From positions 1-64,000 of the IMG/VR virus record IMGVR_UViG_3300028601_000023: a stretch of 64,000 bases of DNA; one strand, 5' to 3'. The notes under the pieces were generated by a model, which searched no databases, had not been told where the DNA came from, and worked only from the letters and a program-made list of their open reading frames with translations. The stretch is from a virus. Its lineage: Duplodnaviria; Caudoviricetes. The translations under genes were made by a program, and so were the position numbers. How positions within the stretch are numbered: the stretch's first letter is position 1; each line of letters begins with the position of its first letter. Shown in pieces: positions 39,450 to 48,651 of the stretch.

Positions 39450-40360
39450 TGTCTAAATTAATGGAAAGGATTTTGAAGAACAGTACTACTAAACATGCCG
39501 CTATGCTTTATGATTCTGTTATGTTTAAGGATAAAGATATTATCTCAACTGATATTCCGGTTATAAATATTGCATTTTCCGGTGAATTAGATGGTGGGAT
39601 CATTTCTGGTTTAACACTTCTTGCTGGTCCGTCTAAAGTTTTCAAATCTATGCTTGCGCTTGTTTGTGTAAAAGCATTTCTTGATAAGTATAAAGATGCA
39701 GTTTGTATTTTTTATGATTCAGAGGGTGGCATTACTCCTGATTATCTTTGTTCGTTGGGAATCGATCCAACGCGAGTAGTGCATATTCCGATTGAACATA
39801 TAGAAATGCTTAAGTTTGATATTGTAAAACAGCTTCAAGAAGTAGATAGAAAGGATAAAGTTATTATTGTTATAGATTCTATAGGAAATACTGCAAGTCT
39901 AAAAGAACTTGAAGATGCTATCAATGAAAAGTCTGTTGCAGAAATGCAGAGAGCAAAAAGCATTAAAGGTCTGTTTAGAATGGTAACACCTTCTTTAGTA
40001 ACCAAGGATATTCCCTGCATTGCTATATGTCATACATACCAAGAGATGGGGCTGTATCCCAAACAAATAATTTCAGGGGGATGTCTGCTTCCAGGAACCA
40101 AAGTTATTTTGGCAGATGGATCAACAAAAAATATAGAAGAAGTCGTTATTGGCGATCAAGTAAAAACTTCTTCTGGTATCTCTGATGTTTACGCTATATG
40201 GAATCCAGACACATTGGAAGATGGTTCTCCTGAATGTTATGAAATAGAACTAGAAGATGGATATATCATTAGATGTTCTGAGAATCACAAGTTCTTGGTC
40301 AATGGAGAATGGAGAGTGGCAAAAGACCTAACCAGCGGAATGGATTTAGATACGATTTAA
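39449..40360 (+). CDS. uvsX: UvsX/RecA recombinase N-half (211 aa) fused to split-intein N-fragment (92 aa)
   Basis: Walker A GPSKVFKS, YDSE.GI, IDSIGN.AS; after ISGG, intein block A CLLPGTKV and block B CSENHKF, then stop. Confidence 0.93.
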   Translation: MSKLMERILKNSTTKHAAMLYDSVMFKDKDIISTDIPVINIAFSGELDGGIISGLTLLAGPSKVFKSMLALVCVKAFLDKYKDAVCIFYDSEGGITPDYLCSLGIDPTRVVHIPIEHIEMLKFDIVKQLQEVDRKDKVIIVIDSIGNTASLKELEDAINEKSVAEMQRAKSIKGLFRMVTPSLVTKDIPCIAICHTYQEMGLYPKQIISGGCLLPGTKVILADGSTKNIEEVVIGDQVKTSSGISDVYAIWNPDTLEDGSPECYEIELEDGYIIRCSENHKFLVNGEWRVAKDLTSGMDLDTI

Positions 40361-40367
40361 TTCTTTG

Positions 40368-40422
40368 TCTCCTCTCATCATGTCTTTGATAAATAATATC
40401 GAAATAACATGATGAGAGGAGA
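40368..40422 (+). promoter_or_regulatory. 16-bp perfect hairpin covering the endonuclease RBS, late promoter GATAAATA (40388) in the loop
   Basis: TCTCCTCTCATCATGT / ACATGATGAGAGGAGA; ATG at 40428. Confidence 0.85.
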
Positions 40423-40427
40423 TTTTA

Positions 40428-41737
40428 ATGAGACAAAGGTTTAATGAAGAACTGCAACAATACTTATGGTCTAAATACCCATTTGAATTTAAATTTTCGC
40501 CGTCAAAAGAACATACGTTTTGGACATTATATAAACAAAAAGAAGATTTTCGTCCTGAAGTAGACAAAAGCTTATCACACATGGCAACGCTTTCAAATTA
40601 TCCATTCTTTTGGTATAATCTTGGATGTAGTATAGACGACGCATTTAAATATTCTGCAACTAAAGGATATAAAGTATGTCAGTGGTGCGAGAAAATTTAT
40701 CATCTTGATACGAGATATAAGTCATGCTGCTCTGAAGAATGTTATAAACAGAATAGATTAAGAGGAAATGCACGATTAAGCGAGTCAAAACTAAAATATA
40801 ATAGCAGAGATCCAAAACAATATGCGATTAGACATAATATTTCAGTTGAAGAGGCGGCAGCAATAGTAGATGATTTTGTTAATGGCGGATCTGTTAGAAG
40901 AAAAGAATATTGGACTAAACGTGGATATACTGAAGAAGAAGCTATTCTAAAAGTATCAGAAGTTCAATCTAGGTGTTCTGCTCGATGTATAGTTACTGGG
41001 AAGAAAGAGGATATTCTCCTGAGGAAGCGAAGACCAAAGTATCAGAAATTCAAAGAGAAGCATGTATGCACTATCACGATAATGCTTCTAAAGAAGTTCA
41101 CCAGCAAAATAGTTCTTGGTGTGTTGATTTTTGGGTCAAACGTGGACATACTATATCTGAAAGCAAACGTATAATATCAACACGAGCCAAAGCATATTCA
41201 AAAGTGCAATTGTTAAAATATACAGAACAAGAAAGAAGAGAGTATAATCCAATGTGTTTAGATTATTGGATCAAGAAACATGGAAGAAAGTTAGCAAAAA
41301 TAAAATATGCTGAATATAAAACAACCGTTTCCAATTTAACTTTTCGGTCAAAAGTTGCTGATTGCTTTTTCTCTGAGTTATCTTCATATTTTAAATCAGA
41401 CACACAATTATACAGTGAAAGAGAAATGTGTTTATTATTACCAAATGGAAATTATATAAAACCCGACTATATAAATGTTGAAAGAAATATATGTGTAGAA
41501 TTTTTTGGTGACTATTGGCATGCAAATCCAAAGAAATATAAAGCAACTGATGTTATTTCTTATCCAAATAAAACAAAACGTTTAGCAAAGGATATTTGGA
41601 CGGCTGATGCAATACGAATTGACAACTTGACTAGAATGGGATATAATGTTTTAATTGTGTGGGAACAAGATTATTATAAAAATTCAAAAGAATTGATAGA
41701 AAAGACTGTACAGGAGATAAAAAATGAAAATATCTAA
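40428..41737 (+). pseudogene. Vsr-like (Hef/EDxHD-type) free-standing endonuclease, frameshifted near 40992
   Basis: Two overlapping ORFs share YW..RGY..EEA..KVSE.Q repeats; C-terminal PDY...CVEFFGDYWHANP and IVWEQD nuclease motifs. Confidence 0.75.
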
Positions 41738-42272
41738 TATTAAACCAATCGGCAAGCATGATGTATATGATATTGCTGTAACAGATGATGAACATTATAT
41801 TCTTGAAAATGGTGTAATATCACATAATAGTGGCCTTATCTATTCTGCAAATCAAGCATTTATTATTGGAAAATCACAAGTTAAAGAAGGAACTGATATT
41901 GTCGGGTACAACTTTACAATCAATGTTGAGAAATCTAGATTTGTAAGAGAAAAATCTAAATTACCTTTTACTGTAACATATGAAAATGGTATTATGAAAT
42001 ACTCTGGTTTACTTGACATTGCATTGGAATCTGGACATTGTATCAAGCCTTCCAATGGGTGGTATTGTCGTGTTATAGATGGTGTTACAGAAGATAAAAA
42101 ATATAGATTGAAAGATACTCATACTGCTCAATTCTGGGATCAGATTTTGAATTCTGAATCCTTTAAAGAATATATTAAAGCACGGTATCAGCTCGGCGCT
42201 GTAAAAATGGTAAGTGAAGCCGATCAAATTGTAGAGAACATTGAAGACGAGAAAGAATATGCTCTCAACTGA
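41724..42272 (+). CDS. uvsX: Split-intein C-fragment (35 aa) fused to UvsX C-half (147 aa)
   Basis: Own AGGAG SD and ATG; block F VYDIAV, block G SHN|S; then GLIYSAN..FIIGK, VEKSRFVREKSK. Confidence 0.93.
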   Translation: MKISNIKPIGKHDVYDIAVTDDEHYILENGVISHNSGLIYSANQAFIIGKSQVKEGTDIVGYNFTINVEKSRFVREKSKLPFTVTYENGIMKYSGLLDIALESGHCIKPSNGWYCRVIDGVTEDKKYRLKDTHTAQFWDQILNSESFKEYIKARYQLGAVKMVSEADQIVENIEDEKEYALN

Positions 42273-42516
42273 TGAATTTATAGTAACAATATTAGATAAA
42301 GAATATCTGATAAAGGGTCTTTCCTTGGGAGGAGACCCTTCCATTGACAAAAAATTGACTATGGAATATTCTGTATCTTCTGATTTACCTCTAACAGACG
42401 ATGACCATGAGCTCGTCAAAAGTTTTCTATCCGCACTTGTTAAGGAGAGCATGAATGGAGTTAACGGAAAAGATTGTCTTAAAGAACTTAATCCTCAACC
42501 CGAACTATTTTCTTAA
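42259..42516 (+). CDS. Hypothetical protein at the T4 gp40 position
   Basis: Between uvsX and gp41; contains promoter TTGACA-17-TATTCT (42344); start uncertain. Confidence 0.45.
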   Translation: MLSTDEFIVTILDKEYLIKGLSLGGDPSIDKKLTMEYSVSSDLPLTDDDHELVKSFLSALVKESMNGVNGKDCLKELNPQPELFS

Positions 42517-43831
42517 AGTATATCCGTTCATTGAAGAATCGTTATTTTCAGAAAGAATTACACAGAAATTATTCAAAGCAATATCAGCATATAATAACAA
42601 GTATAATAGACAAGCAAATCTTCCAGTAATAAATGTATTCATTGAATCTATCAAAGGTGTCTCAGATACAGAATATAAAGCTCTAAAAGAACTTGAACAA
42701 TATTTCCATGCAAATGAAACCTTTGCAGATGATTGGTTGTTTGATGAAACAGAATCTTGGATTCAGAAGCGGAAGTACTATGAATCATTAATTGGTGCAG
42801 CAGAGAAGTTTGAGAAAGGAGAGCTTGATACTACTCTTACTGATAAGATTGATGCTGCCCTTTCTATTACCTTTGATAATAACATTGGTATGGAATTCTC
42901 AGAGGCTGAAGACAGATGGGAATCTTATATATCAGAAGAATCACATATTCCGTTTTTGCTTGATGAATTCAATGCTATTACTAACGGCGGCGTTTGTCCA
43001 AAAACATTGAACTGTTTGTTGTCATCTGATACTGGTGGATTCAAATCTGGCACGCTTTGTCATCTAACTGCAGATTATATCAGAACTGGAAAAAATGTTC
43101 TCTATATTACATTGGAAATGGCAGAGGATAAAATTCTTGAACGAATTGACGCCAATATGCTTGATGTTGAAATTGATAATCTTGTCGGACTTGGAAAAGA
43201 TACTTTTATTCGAAGTATTGATGAATGCAACAAGCGAATTCAAGGAAGATTAGTAGTTAAACAATTTCCTACTACTGTTGCTCATGTAGGACATATTCGT
43301 TATCTGTTGAAAGAACTAAAACTGAAAAGAAATTTCATTCCAGATATTATATGTGTAGACTATTTGAATCTAATGGCTTCTATTAGACTTAAGGCATCTG
43401 ATTCTGGGAATTCATATGGTTATATAAAAGCTATTTCAGAAGAGCTTCGTGGCCTTGCAATTGAGCATGATAATGCTATTTGGACTGCAACTCAGTCAAA
43501 TAGAGGCGGTGCAGAGAACGAAAACTTATCTATTACAGATGTATCAGAATCTTATGGTTTAACATATGGCATGGATCTATTTATCGGTATCATTACTACA
43601 GAAGAATTTGATGCTCAGAATAAGATACTATATAAACAGTTGAAGAATCGTTATGCTGATAAAAACAAAATGAATAAGTTTTTTCTTGGTGTAAATAAGG
43701 CTAAGATGACTCTATATTCACAGATGCAGCGTGGTATATCACCTGACAATAAACAAGAAAAACTTGAAGACGAACAGAACGCAATGATGTTCAAAGGTAA
43801 AAAGAACAAGTTTGATAATTTCAACTTTTAG
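42455..43831 (+). CDS. gp41: Replicative DnaB-like helicase
   Basis: NVLYITLEMAE, VKQFPT, VDYLNL, WTATQSNR, SESYGL, QLKNRY. Confidence 0.95.
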   Translation: MELTEKIVLKNLILNPNYFLKVYPFIEESLFSERITQKLFKAISAYNNKYNRQANLPVINVFIESIKGVSDTEYKALKELEQYFHANETFADDWLFDETESWIQKRKYYESLIGAAEKFEKGELDTTLTDKIDAALSITFDNNIGMEFSEAEDRWESYISEESHIPFLLDEFNAITNGGVCPKTLNCLLSSDTGGFKSGTLCHLTADYIRTGKNVLYITLEMAEDKILERIDANMLDVEIDNLVGLGKDTFIRSIDECNKRIQGRLVVKQFPTTVAHVGHIRYLLKELKLKRNFIPDIICVDYLNLMASIRLKASDSGNSYGYIKAISEELRGLAIEHDNAIWTATQSNRGGAENENLSITDVSESYGLTYGMDLFIGIITTEEFDAQNKILYKQLKNRYADKNKMNKFFLGVNKAKMTLYSQMQRGISPDNKQEKLEDEQNAMMFKGKKNKFDNFNF

Positions 43832-43840
43832 AGGAGTTCA

Positions 43841-44386
43841 ATGAAAAGTCATCCACTAGTAGTAAACCTTTATGGCGGTCCAGGAACTGGTAAATCGACG
43901 GCCGCCGCTATGATCTATTCTAAACTGAAAATGCAACACCTTGAAGTAGAACTTGTTACTGAGTTTGCTAAAGATCTAACTTATGAAGAAAGATTTCATG
44001 ATCTTGGAAATCAGATCTATGTTTTCGGCGAACAATATCGTAGAATGGATCGTCTATTCGGATCTGTAGATATTATCATTACTGATTCTCCATTATTACT
44101 TTCGTGTATCTATTCAAAGAATCCTCTATATAAGAACTATCTTGATGTTATGATCAGGCGCGTCTCAGAATATGTAGACCGATATGCTATCAATGTTTTA
44201 CTACAACGAGAATCTGACTATAAAGAATCCGGCCGCAAAGAGTCTATGACAGAAGCAGAAGAGATTCATATGATCATTGAAAATATGCTAAAGGGAGAAG
44301 AAATCGACTATATTACTGTTCTAAGCAATCCAGATCATATTGATAGACTTGCTCAGTATATTCTCGATAAAATAAATAGATCATGA
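43841..44386 (+). CDS. P-loop kinase, AAA_28/NadR-kinase-like
   Basis: NLYGGPGTGKST, VTEFAKDL, ITDSPLL. Confidence 0.75.
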   Translation: MKSHPLVVNLYGGPGTGKSTAAAMIYSKLKMQHLEVELVTEFAKDLTYEERFHDLGNQIYVFGEQYRRMDRLFGSVDIIITDSPLLLSCIYSKNPLYKNYLDVMIRRVSEYVDRYAINVLLQRESDYKESGRKESMTEAEEIHMIIENMLKGEEIDYITVLSNPDHIDRLAQYILDKINRS

Positions 44387-45138
44387 AAACATTTATAGAA
44401 TATATTGCCGAAGCTAAAAAGTTCGCTCGTGCAAAAGATCAAGATTTCACAAATGATCCTCAGCTTGTATTGTCCTTTGTAGAATCAGATGAAAAGACTT
44501 ATAAACAGTCATTGGAAAGAAGCCATGATTCTGCTAGTCATGGAATAAAACATTTTGGTGAGTTCGATCCTGAAACTATGCGAGCAATTCTAACTCAGGT
44601 CAAGTCAACAATTCAACAGTTTCTAAAAGATAATCCAGATCACTTCTGTGGGCTTCTCAAAAAACTATCGGGATTTATTACAACTGATCCTAAAGAAGCC
44701 TTTAAACGTGCTAATCTACATATTCTAGCTAACACTCTTGATCTAATCAATGACAAATATATACTTAGAAATAAAATGATTGACATTGAAAAGGATCTGG
44801 TTAAGTATATTCGTATGATTGAGAAAAACTATCTGAGGATTATCAATGACAAACTGAAATCTTCCGTCTCATTAGATAAAGTTTCTGATGATCAGATGCG
44901 TGATGAACTTTTCAAAGCAAAAAGAGTTTCATTTCAAGCATGGCAAGGAACGATTGCTGTTGATATTCTTTTAGACTTTACTGATAATTCAATGATCATT
45001 AGTACACCAGATTATATTAGAACTATGTATCAGTTCGATAGACCGGCGTCTACAAAAGAAGGAACGATTAAGAATTTTTTGTCGAAAGGAATTAAACCCG
45101 AGAACAAACAACTAAATGCTATAATGCAAGGGATCTAA
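44383..45138 (+). CDS. Putative internal head protein with capsid-targeting-like N-terminus
   Basis: MKTFIEYIAE; preceded by late-like AATAAATA-GATC-ATG. Confidence 0.55.
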   Translation: MKTFIEYIAEAKKFARAKDQDFTNDPQLVLSFVESDEKTYKQSLERSHDSASHGIKHFGEFDPETMRAILTQVKSTIQQFLKDNPDHFCGLLKKLSGFITTDPKEAFKRANLHILANTLDLINDKYILRNKMIDIEKDLVKYIRMIEKNYLRIINDKLKSSVSLDKVSDDQMRDELFKAKRVSFQAWQGTIAVDILLDFTDNSMIISTPDYIRTMYQFDRPASTKEGTIKNFLSKGIKPENKQLNAIMQGI

Positions 45139-46221
45139 ATGCAAAACATCCATTCGTCTCATATTGAAGATTTAGTCATAGATGGAGTCGATGGTCTTTT
45201 TAAAATAATGGATGGCCTCGACATGACCCAAACCTTTTGTCGAGGCCATGGATATGAGAATTCTATCTCTTTAAAGATAGATGGTTCTGTATCTATTGTT
45301 GCTGGATGGCTGAATGGAAAGTTCTTTGTAGGCTCCAAGTCTGTTTTCAATAAGAAGCCAAAGATTAATTTCTCTGAAATTGACATTCAAACAAATCACA
45401 ACGGAGAACTTTCCAAGATTCTTGTGCTCTGTTTAGAACTTCTTCGTCCAGTTATTCCAAAAGGAAAGATATATCAAGGCGATCTTCTATTCTATCCTGA
45501 AAAACCTGCAACCAGTTTCGGATCTCATTGTATTTTTCACTGTAATAAAATAATCTATACAGTTCCAAGCAATAGTAATCTTCTTTATGCTACTATTGGA
45601 ATTGCTTTTCACACTGAATATGATTCTAATTTCAATTTGTATTCATATGTCGTTCATCCAGAAGTTCTGAATTATTCTGACAACGTATATGTGTTGAGTA
45701 CATTATTCAAGTCTCCTAAAGTGTACGTTCCATATAGTGAAGTGTTTTTGGATGATTTTATTCATCGACTTGGACGAACTCCGTTTCATCCTGAAATCAA
45801 ACCTCTTTTCTTGATGTATCAGAATTCTTTCTATAGAGAAGATATTTATCATCCAACGGACCCATTTGAGAAGGCGTTTTATTTTGAAGAATGGATTGCT
45901 AAAAGAAAAGAAACCGATAAGAAGAAATATGATTGGTTTGCTATCATGACTTCAATCAATCATACTCCTATTGTAGAAGCATTTTCAGTTGCCAATTATG
46001 TAACTGATGTAAAGATAAGATGTATAGAAGCTCTTAATTCTGTTCAAAATATAAAATGTAGCTTTTATCGAAAATCAAAAGCTGATATTAATGATGCCAT
46101 AGAATCAACCAATCATGAAGGATATGTCATTACTATGGGCAAAGCTATGGGCACTAAACTTGTAAATCGGAATATATTTTCAAGAGCTAACTTCTCAGAC
46201 GATATTATCAGAGGATGGTAA
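45139..46221 (+). CDS. DUF6267-like ligase-fold nucleotidyltransferase
   Basis: H..HIEDL, motif I KIDGS, YQGDLLF, EGYV, KLVNR..FSRANF. Confidence 0.75.
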   Translation: MQNIHSSHIEDLVIDGVDGLFKIMDGLDMTQTFCRGHGYENSISLKIDGSVSIVAGWLNGKFFVGSKSVFNKKPKINFSEIDIQTNHNGELSKILVLCLELLRPVIPKGKIYQGDLLFYPEKPATSFGSHCIFHCNKIIYTVPSNSNLLYATIGIAFHTEYDSNFNLYSYVVHPEVLNYSDNVYVLSTLFKSPKVYVPYSEVFLDDFIHRLGRTPFHPEIKPLFLMYQNSFYREDIYHPTDPFEKAFYFEEWIAKRKETDKKKYDWFAIMTSINHTPIVEAFSVANYVTDVKIRCIEALNSVQNIKCSFYRKSKADINDAIESTNHEGYVITMGKAMGTKLVNRNIFSRANFSDDIIRGW

Positions 46222-46222
46222 T

Positions 46223-46744
46223 ATGAATATCTTAACTTTTGCTATGTGTAGAATGCAGCCTCCTACAAGAGGTCATATGAATATCATTGATGCTTTGCAG
46301 TATTCTCCAGGTGATCAGATCCTTTTTCTATCACAGAAACAAGACTCCAAAGACAATCCGCTATCGTTTGAAGTCCGAAAAGAATTTCTTCGGCATAAGT
46401 ATTTCAATTTGAATATTTTGCCAGCTGCTAATCTTTTTGGATGTTTAGAATTTCTGAAAGGTGAATATGATATTGTTAATATAGTCTGTGGATCTGATCG
46501 GTATGTTGAGTATCATAAGTTCAAGAAATATGAATCAGACCTCGGTTATTTTATAAATATAATACAATGCGAGTCTGATAGTCGAGATAAAGTTTCTGGA
46601 ACTATGCTCAGAAATGCAGTGATAAATAATGAAAAGGATCAATTTATTAAACTTTGTATGTTTGATAATTATAGATCAGAGCAGCTATACGATTTGATGA
46701 GAGGACTATTGTGTGATTCATCCTTTAGAGATAAATGTAAATAA
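46223..46744 (+). CDS. HIGH-family cytidylyl/adenylyltransferase-like protein
   Basis: RMQPPTRGH, NPLSF, VCGSDR, SGT.LR. Confidence 0.8.
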   Translation: MNILTFAMCRMQPPTRGHMNIIDALQYSPGDQILFLSQKQDSKDNPLSFEVRKEFLRHKYFNLNILPAANLFGCLEFLKGEYDIVNIVCGSDRYVEYHKFKKYESDLGYFINIIQCESDSRDKVSGTMLRNAVINNEKDQFIKLCMFDNYRSEQLYDLMRGLLCDSSFRDKCK

Positions 46745-47774
46745 AGCATTTGTTGTTGACGTCGAAAATATTGTTTCATGGGGTGCAGGGGTTTCCTACC
46801 CCTCATCCCTCGCCCTCCTCTACGACGCCGACAAAGCACCCACACGCGAACTGACCAGCAAGGGGCACAAGTTCAACTCCTCCATCCTCTCCCCACAGTA
46901 CCAGCGTAACGCGGCCGGCTCGTACACTGACGTAGGTGCGAAACCTGCGGTGGATGTGTTTGACGGCGAGAAGTGGTTGCGGAGTTGTGGCGCTATCACA
47001 AACCTTTTCTCGGGCGATACATCTATCGCCCGATCTGCCTCGCTCACAAGCGGCGCAGTTTACGCACTGCAAGTTTTCGGTACTGGTGCGGTATCATGTT
47101 CCTACGGCACTGCTACGGTTGCAACCCCGCTGACATTCACGGCCACGGAAACTGAGTCTGTCACATTCACCCCTACGGGCGCAACGTATTGGATGCTCAC
47201 CAGCACAGCCTACCCCGTGCCGTACGTCCCGCCGGGCGTCACCCAACCCGCAAGCAACGCCACGACCACGAACGGCTGTTGGTTCATACTGTCCGATGGG
47301 TCGCCGATGTGGAAGGCGCTGACGGGCGAACCCCTCACACTGGCAACGCGGGTCAGGATGGGCGTGGGGAGTGCAGATTTGCCGAATAATTCTAATCTGT
47401 CGATTGTGTCCTGTGCAGGTGTCGACAGCATATCCACTGCAAGGATTGATTCAGTTGGCAACGCTGTGGTGCATCGATCATATGACGGGGCAACGAATAT
47501 AAATCGAACAGCATCTTGGCCCCGCAACTCCATCATCGACCGTGTCACCCAAGTCAACACCGCAGGCACACACTTCCGCATCGGCTACATGATCGAAGGC
47601 ACGAACACAACAATTCAGTGGAGTTCGTGGCAAGTCTATGACGGCAGCTTCAATCCGAGCACTCTCTACCACCTCATGCTCGGCTACAACAACCCATATC
47701 CAATGTGGTTCAACAAAATAGCAGTGTGGAACAAACAGGTTGATGATGCGGCGATATTGGAGGCTTTGAACTAA
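46713..47774 (+). CDS. Putative virion spike/fibre protein with ConA/LamG-like C-terminus, mostly GC-rich imported DNA
   Basis: Thr/Ser/Gly-rich beta protein, G..TNL and ..VWNK..DD..I motifs; abrupt GC shift after about codon 23. Confidence 0.55.
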   Translation: MIHPLEINVNKAFVVDVENIVSWGAGVSYPSSLALLYDADKAPTRELTSKGHKFNSSILSPQYQRNAAGSYTDVGAKPAVDVFDGEKWLRSCGAITNLFSGDTSIARSASLTSGAVYALQVFGTGAVSCSYGTATVATPLTFTATETESVTFTPTGATYWMLTSTAYPVPYVPPGVTQPASNATTTNGCWFILSDGSPMWKALTGEPLTLATRVRMGVGSADLPNNSNLSIVSCAGVDSISTARIDSVGNAVVHRSYDGATNINRTASWPRNSIIDRVTQVNTAGTHFRIGYMIEGTNTTIQWSSWQVYDGSFNPSTLYHLMLGYNNPYPMWFNKIAVWNKQVDDAAILEALN

Positions 47775-47820
47775 TGAGACACACACATCCTACTTCGGAG
47801 CCTACTACCACTGTCCTTGG

Positions 47821-47982
47821 ATGACTCCTCGTCAGATTCTCATCCTTGAAGAGTTATGTAAGAAATATAAAGATGAGATGGAAGATTCTATTGACAAAGA
47901 AGCATTTTTAGATTTCAAAAAACAAATAGATGCTGAAGCTGAAATTAAACGGAAAATATTTTCTAAGGATATAATACAATGA
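47821..47982 (+). CDS. Hypothetical 53-aa protein (not in the ORF track)
   Basis: MTPRQILILEELCKKY...; stop overlaps the next ATG. Confidence 0.5.
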   Translation: MTPRQILILEELCKKYKDEMEDSIDKEAFLDFKKQIDAEAEIKRKIFSKDIIQ

Positions 47983-48194
47983 AAACTTATACTGAATTTT
48001 TAAATGAGGGCGTAGATCCTGAAGTAAAGAAATTGAAAAAAGGGCAGACTATCAAATACTATGTTAAGTCTGGTACTTCTCATTTGTTTACTGGAACAAT
48101 TATGAAAGTCGGATCAAATTTCTTTATTATCAAAATGCTTCCGACTGGTGACACTACTCATATTCTAAAATCTGACTTGGAGCTTGACAAATGA
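47979..48194 (+). CDS. Putative internal head protein
   Basis: MKTYTEFLNE N-terminus. Confidence 0.55.
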   Translation: MKTYTEFLNEGVDPEVKKLKKGQTIKYYVKSGTSHLFTGTIMKVGSNFFIIKMLPTGDTTHILKSDLELDK

Positions 48195-48577
48195 AATCAT
48201 TTAAAGAAATTCTAGAGAACGAATTCCCAAAAGGATATGGTGCAGAATCTTTACATCAACTTCCATATGACGTTCAACGAAAGGTTCCACACGGTCATCA
48301 TTTAATTGCTGTAATGCAACAGAAGACTGCTAAAACATTTCAATTGATTCTTGATCCCGAACCAGATGTCATTTCTGAATTCGGTAAAGGAGTATATCGT
48401 TTCTATTCTCCTTCACTTGATGCAAAGACTCTGATCAAGATTAATCTGTCTAATGGATTCTGTCAGTTTATTGATATGGACCTCTACAAAGATGAACATA
48501 AGATCCGATGGAAGTCAGCATTCAAACCTCTCTGGCTTGATATCTATAATATGCAACTGATGAAAAAATATCAGTAA
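48191..48577 (+). CDS. Putative internal head protein
   Basis: MKSFKEILE N-terminus. Confidence 0.5.
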   Translation: MKSFKEILENEFPKGYGAESLHQLPYDVQRKVPHGHHLIAVMQQKTAKTFQLILDPEPDVISEFGKGVYRFYSPSLDAKTLIKINLSNGFCQFIDMDLYKDEHKIRWKSAFKPLWLDIYNMQLMKKYQ

Positions 48578-48594
48578 AGCATTCTAACATTCTG

Positions 48595-48627
48595 AAAGGA
48601 TCTGGTTGACATCGATCAGATCCTTTT
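48595..48627 (+). terminator. Hairpin/terminator with a TTGACA box in its loop
   Basis: AAAGGATCTG...CAGATCCTTT(T). Confidence 0.55.
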
Positions 48628-48651
48628 GTATTTGTAATTCTTGAATAACAA

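Noticed and set aside
40973-41000. Programmed -1 frameshift in the endonuclease
   Set aside because: No X XXY YYZ slippery site or clear downstream structure; a 1-nt deletion explains the break.
40361-41723. Group I intron interrupting a contiguous intein
   Set aside because: Only 67 nt of non-coding sequence, mostly the RBS hairpin; the C-half has its own SD and ATG overlapping the endonuclease stop.
46713-47774. Diversity-generating retroelement target
   Set aside because: No reverse transcriptase and no template/variable repeat pair seen in the window.
46803-47786. Multiple overlapping and antisense ORFs in the GC-rich segment
   Set aside because: Expected from the scarcity of stop codons at high GC; no SD or motifs.
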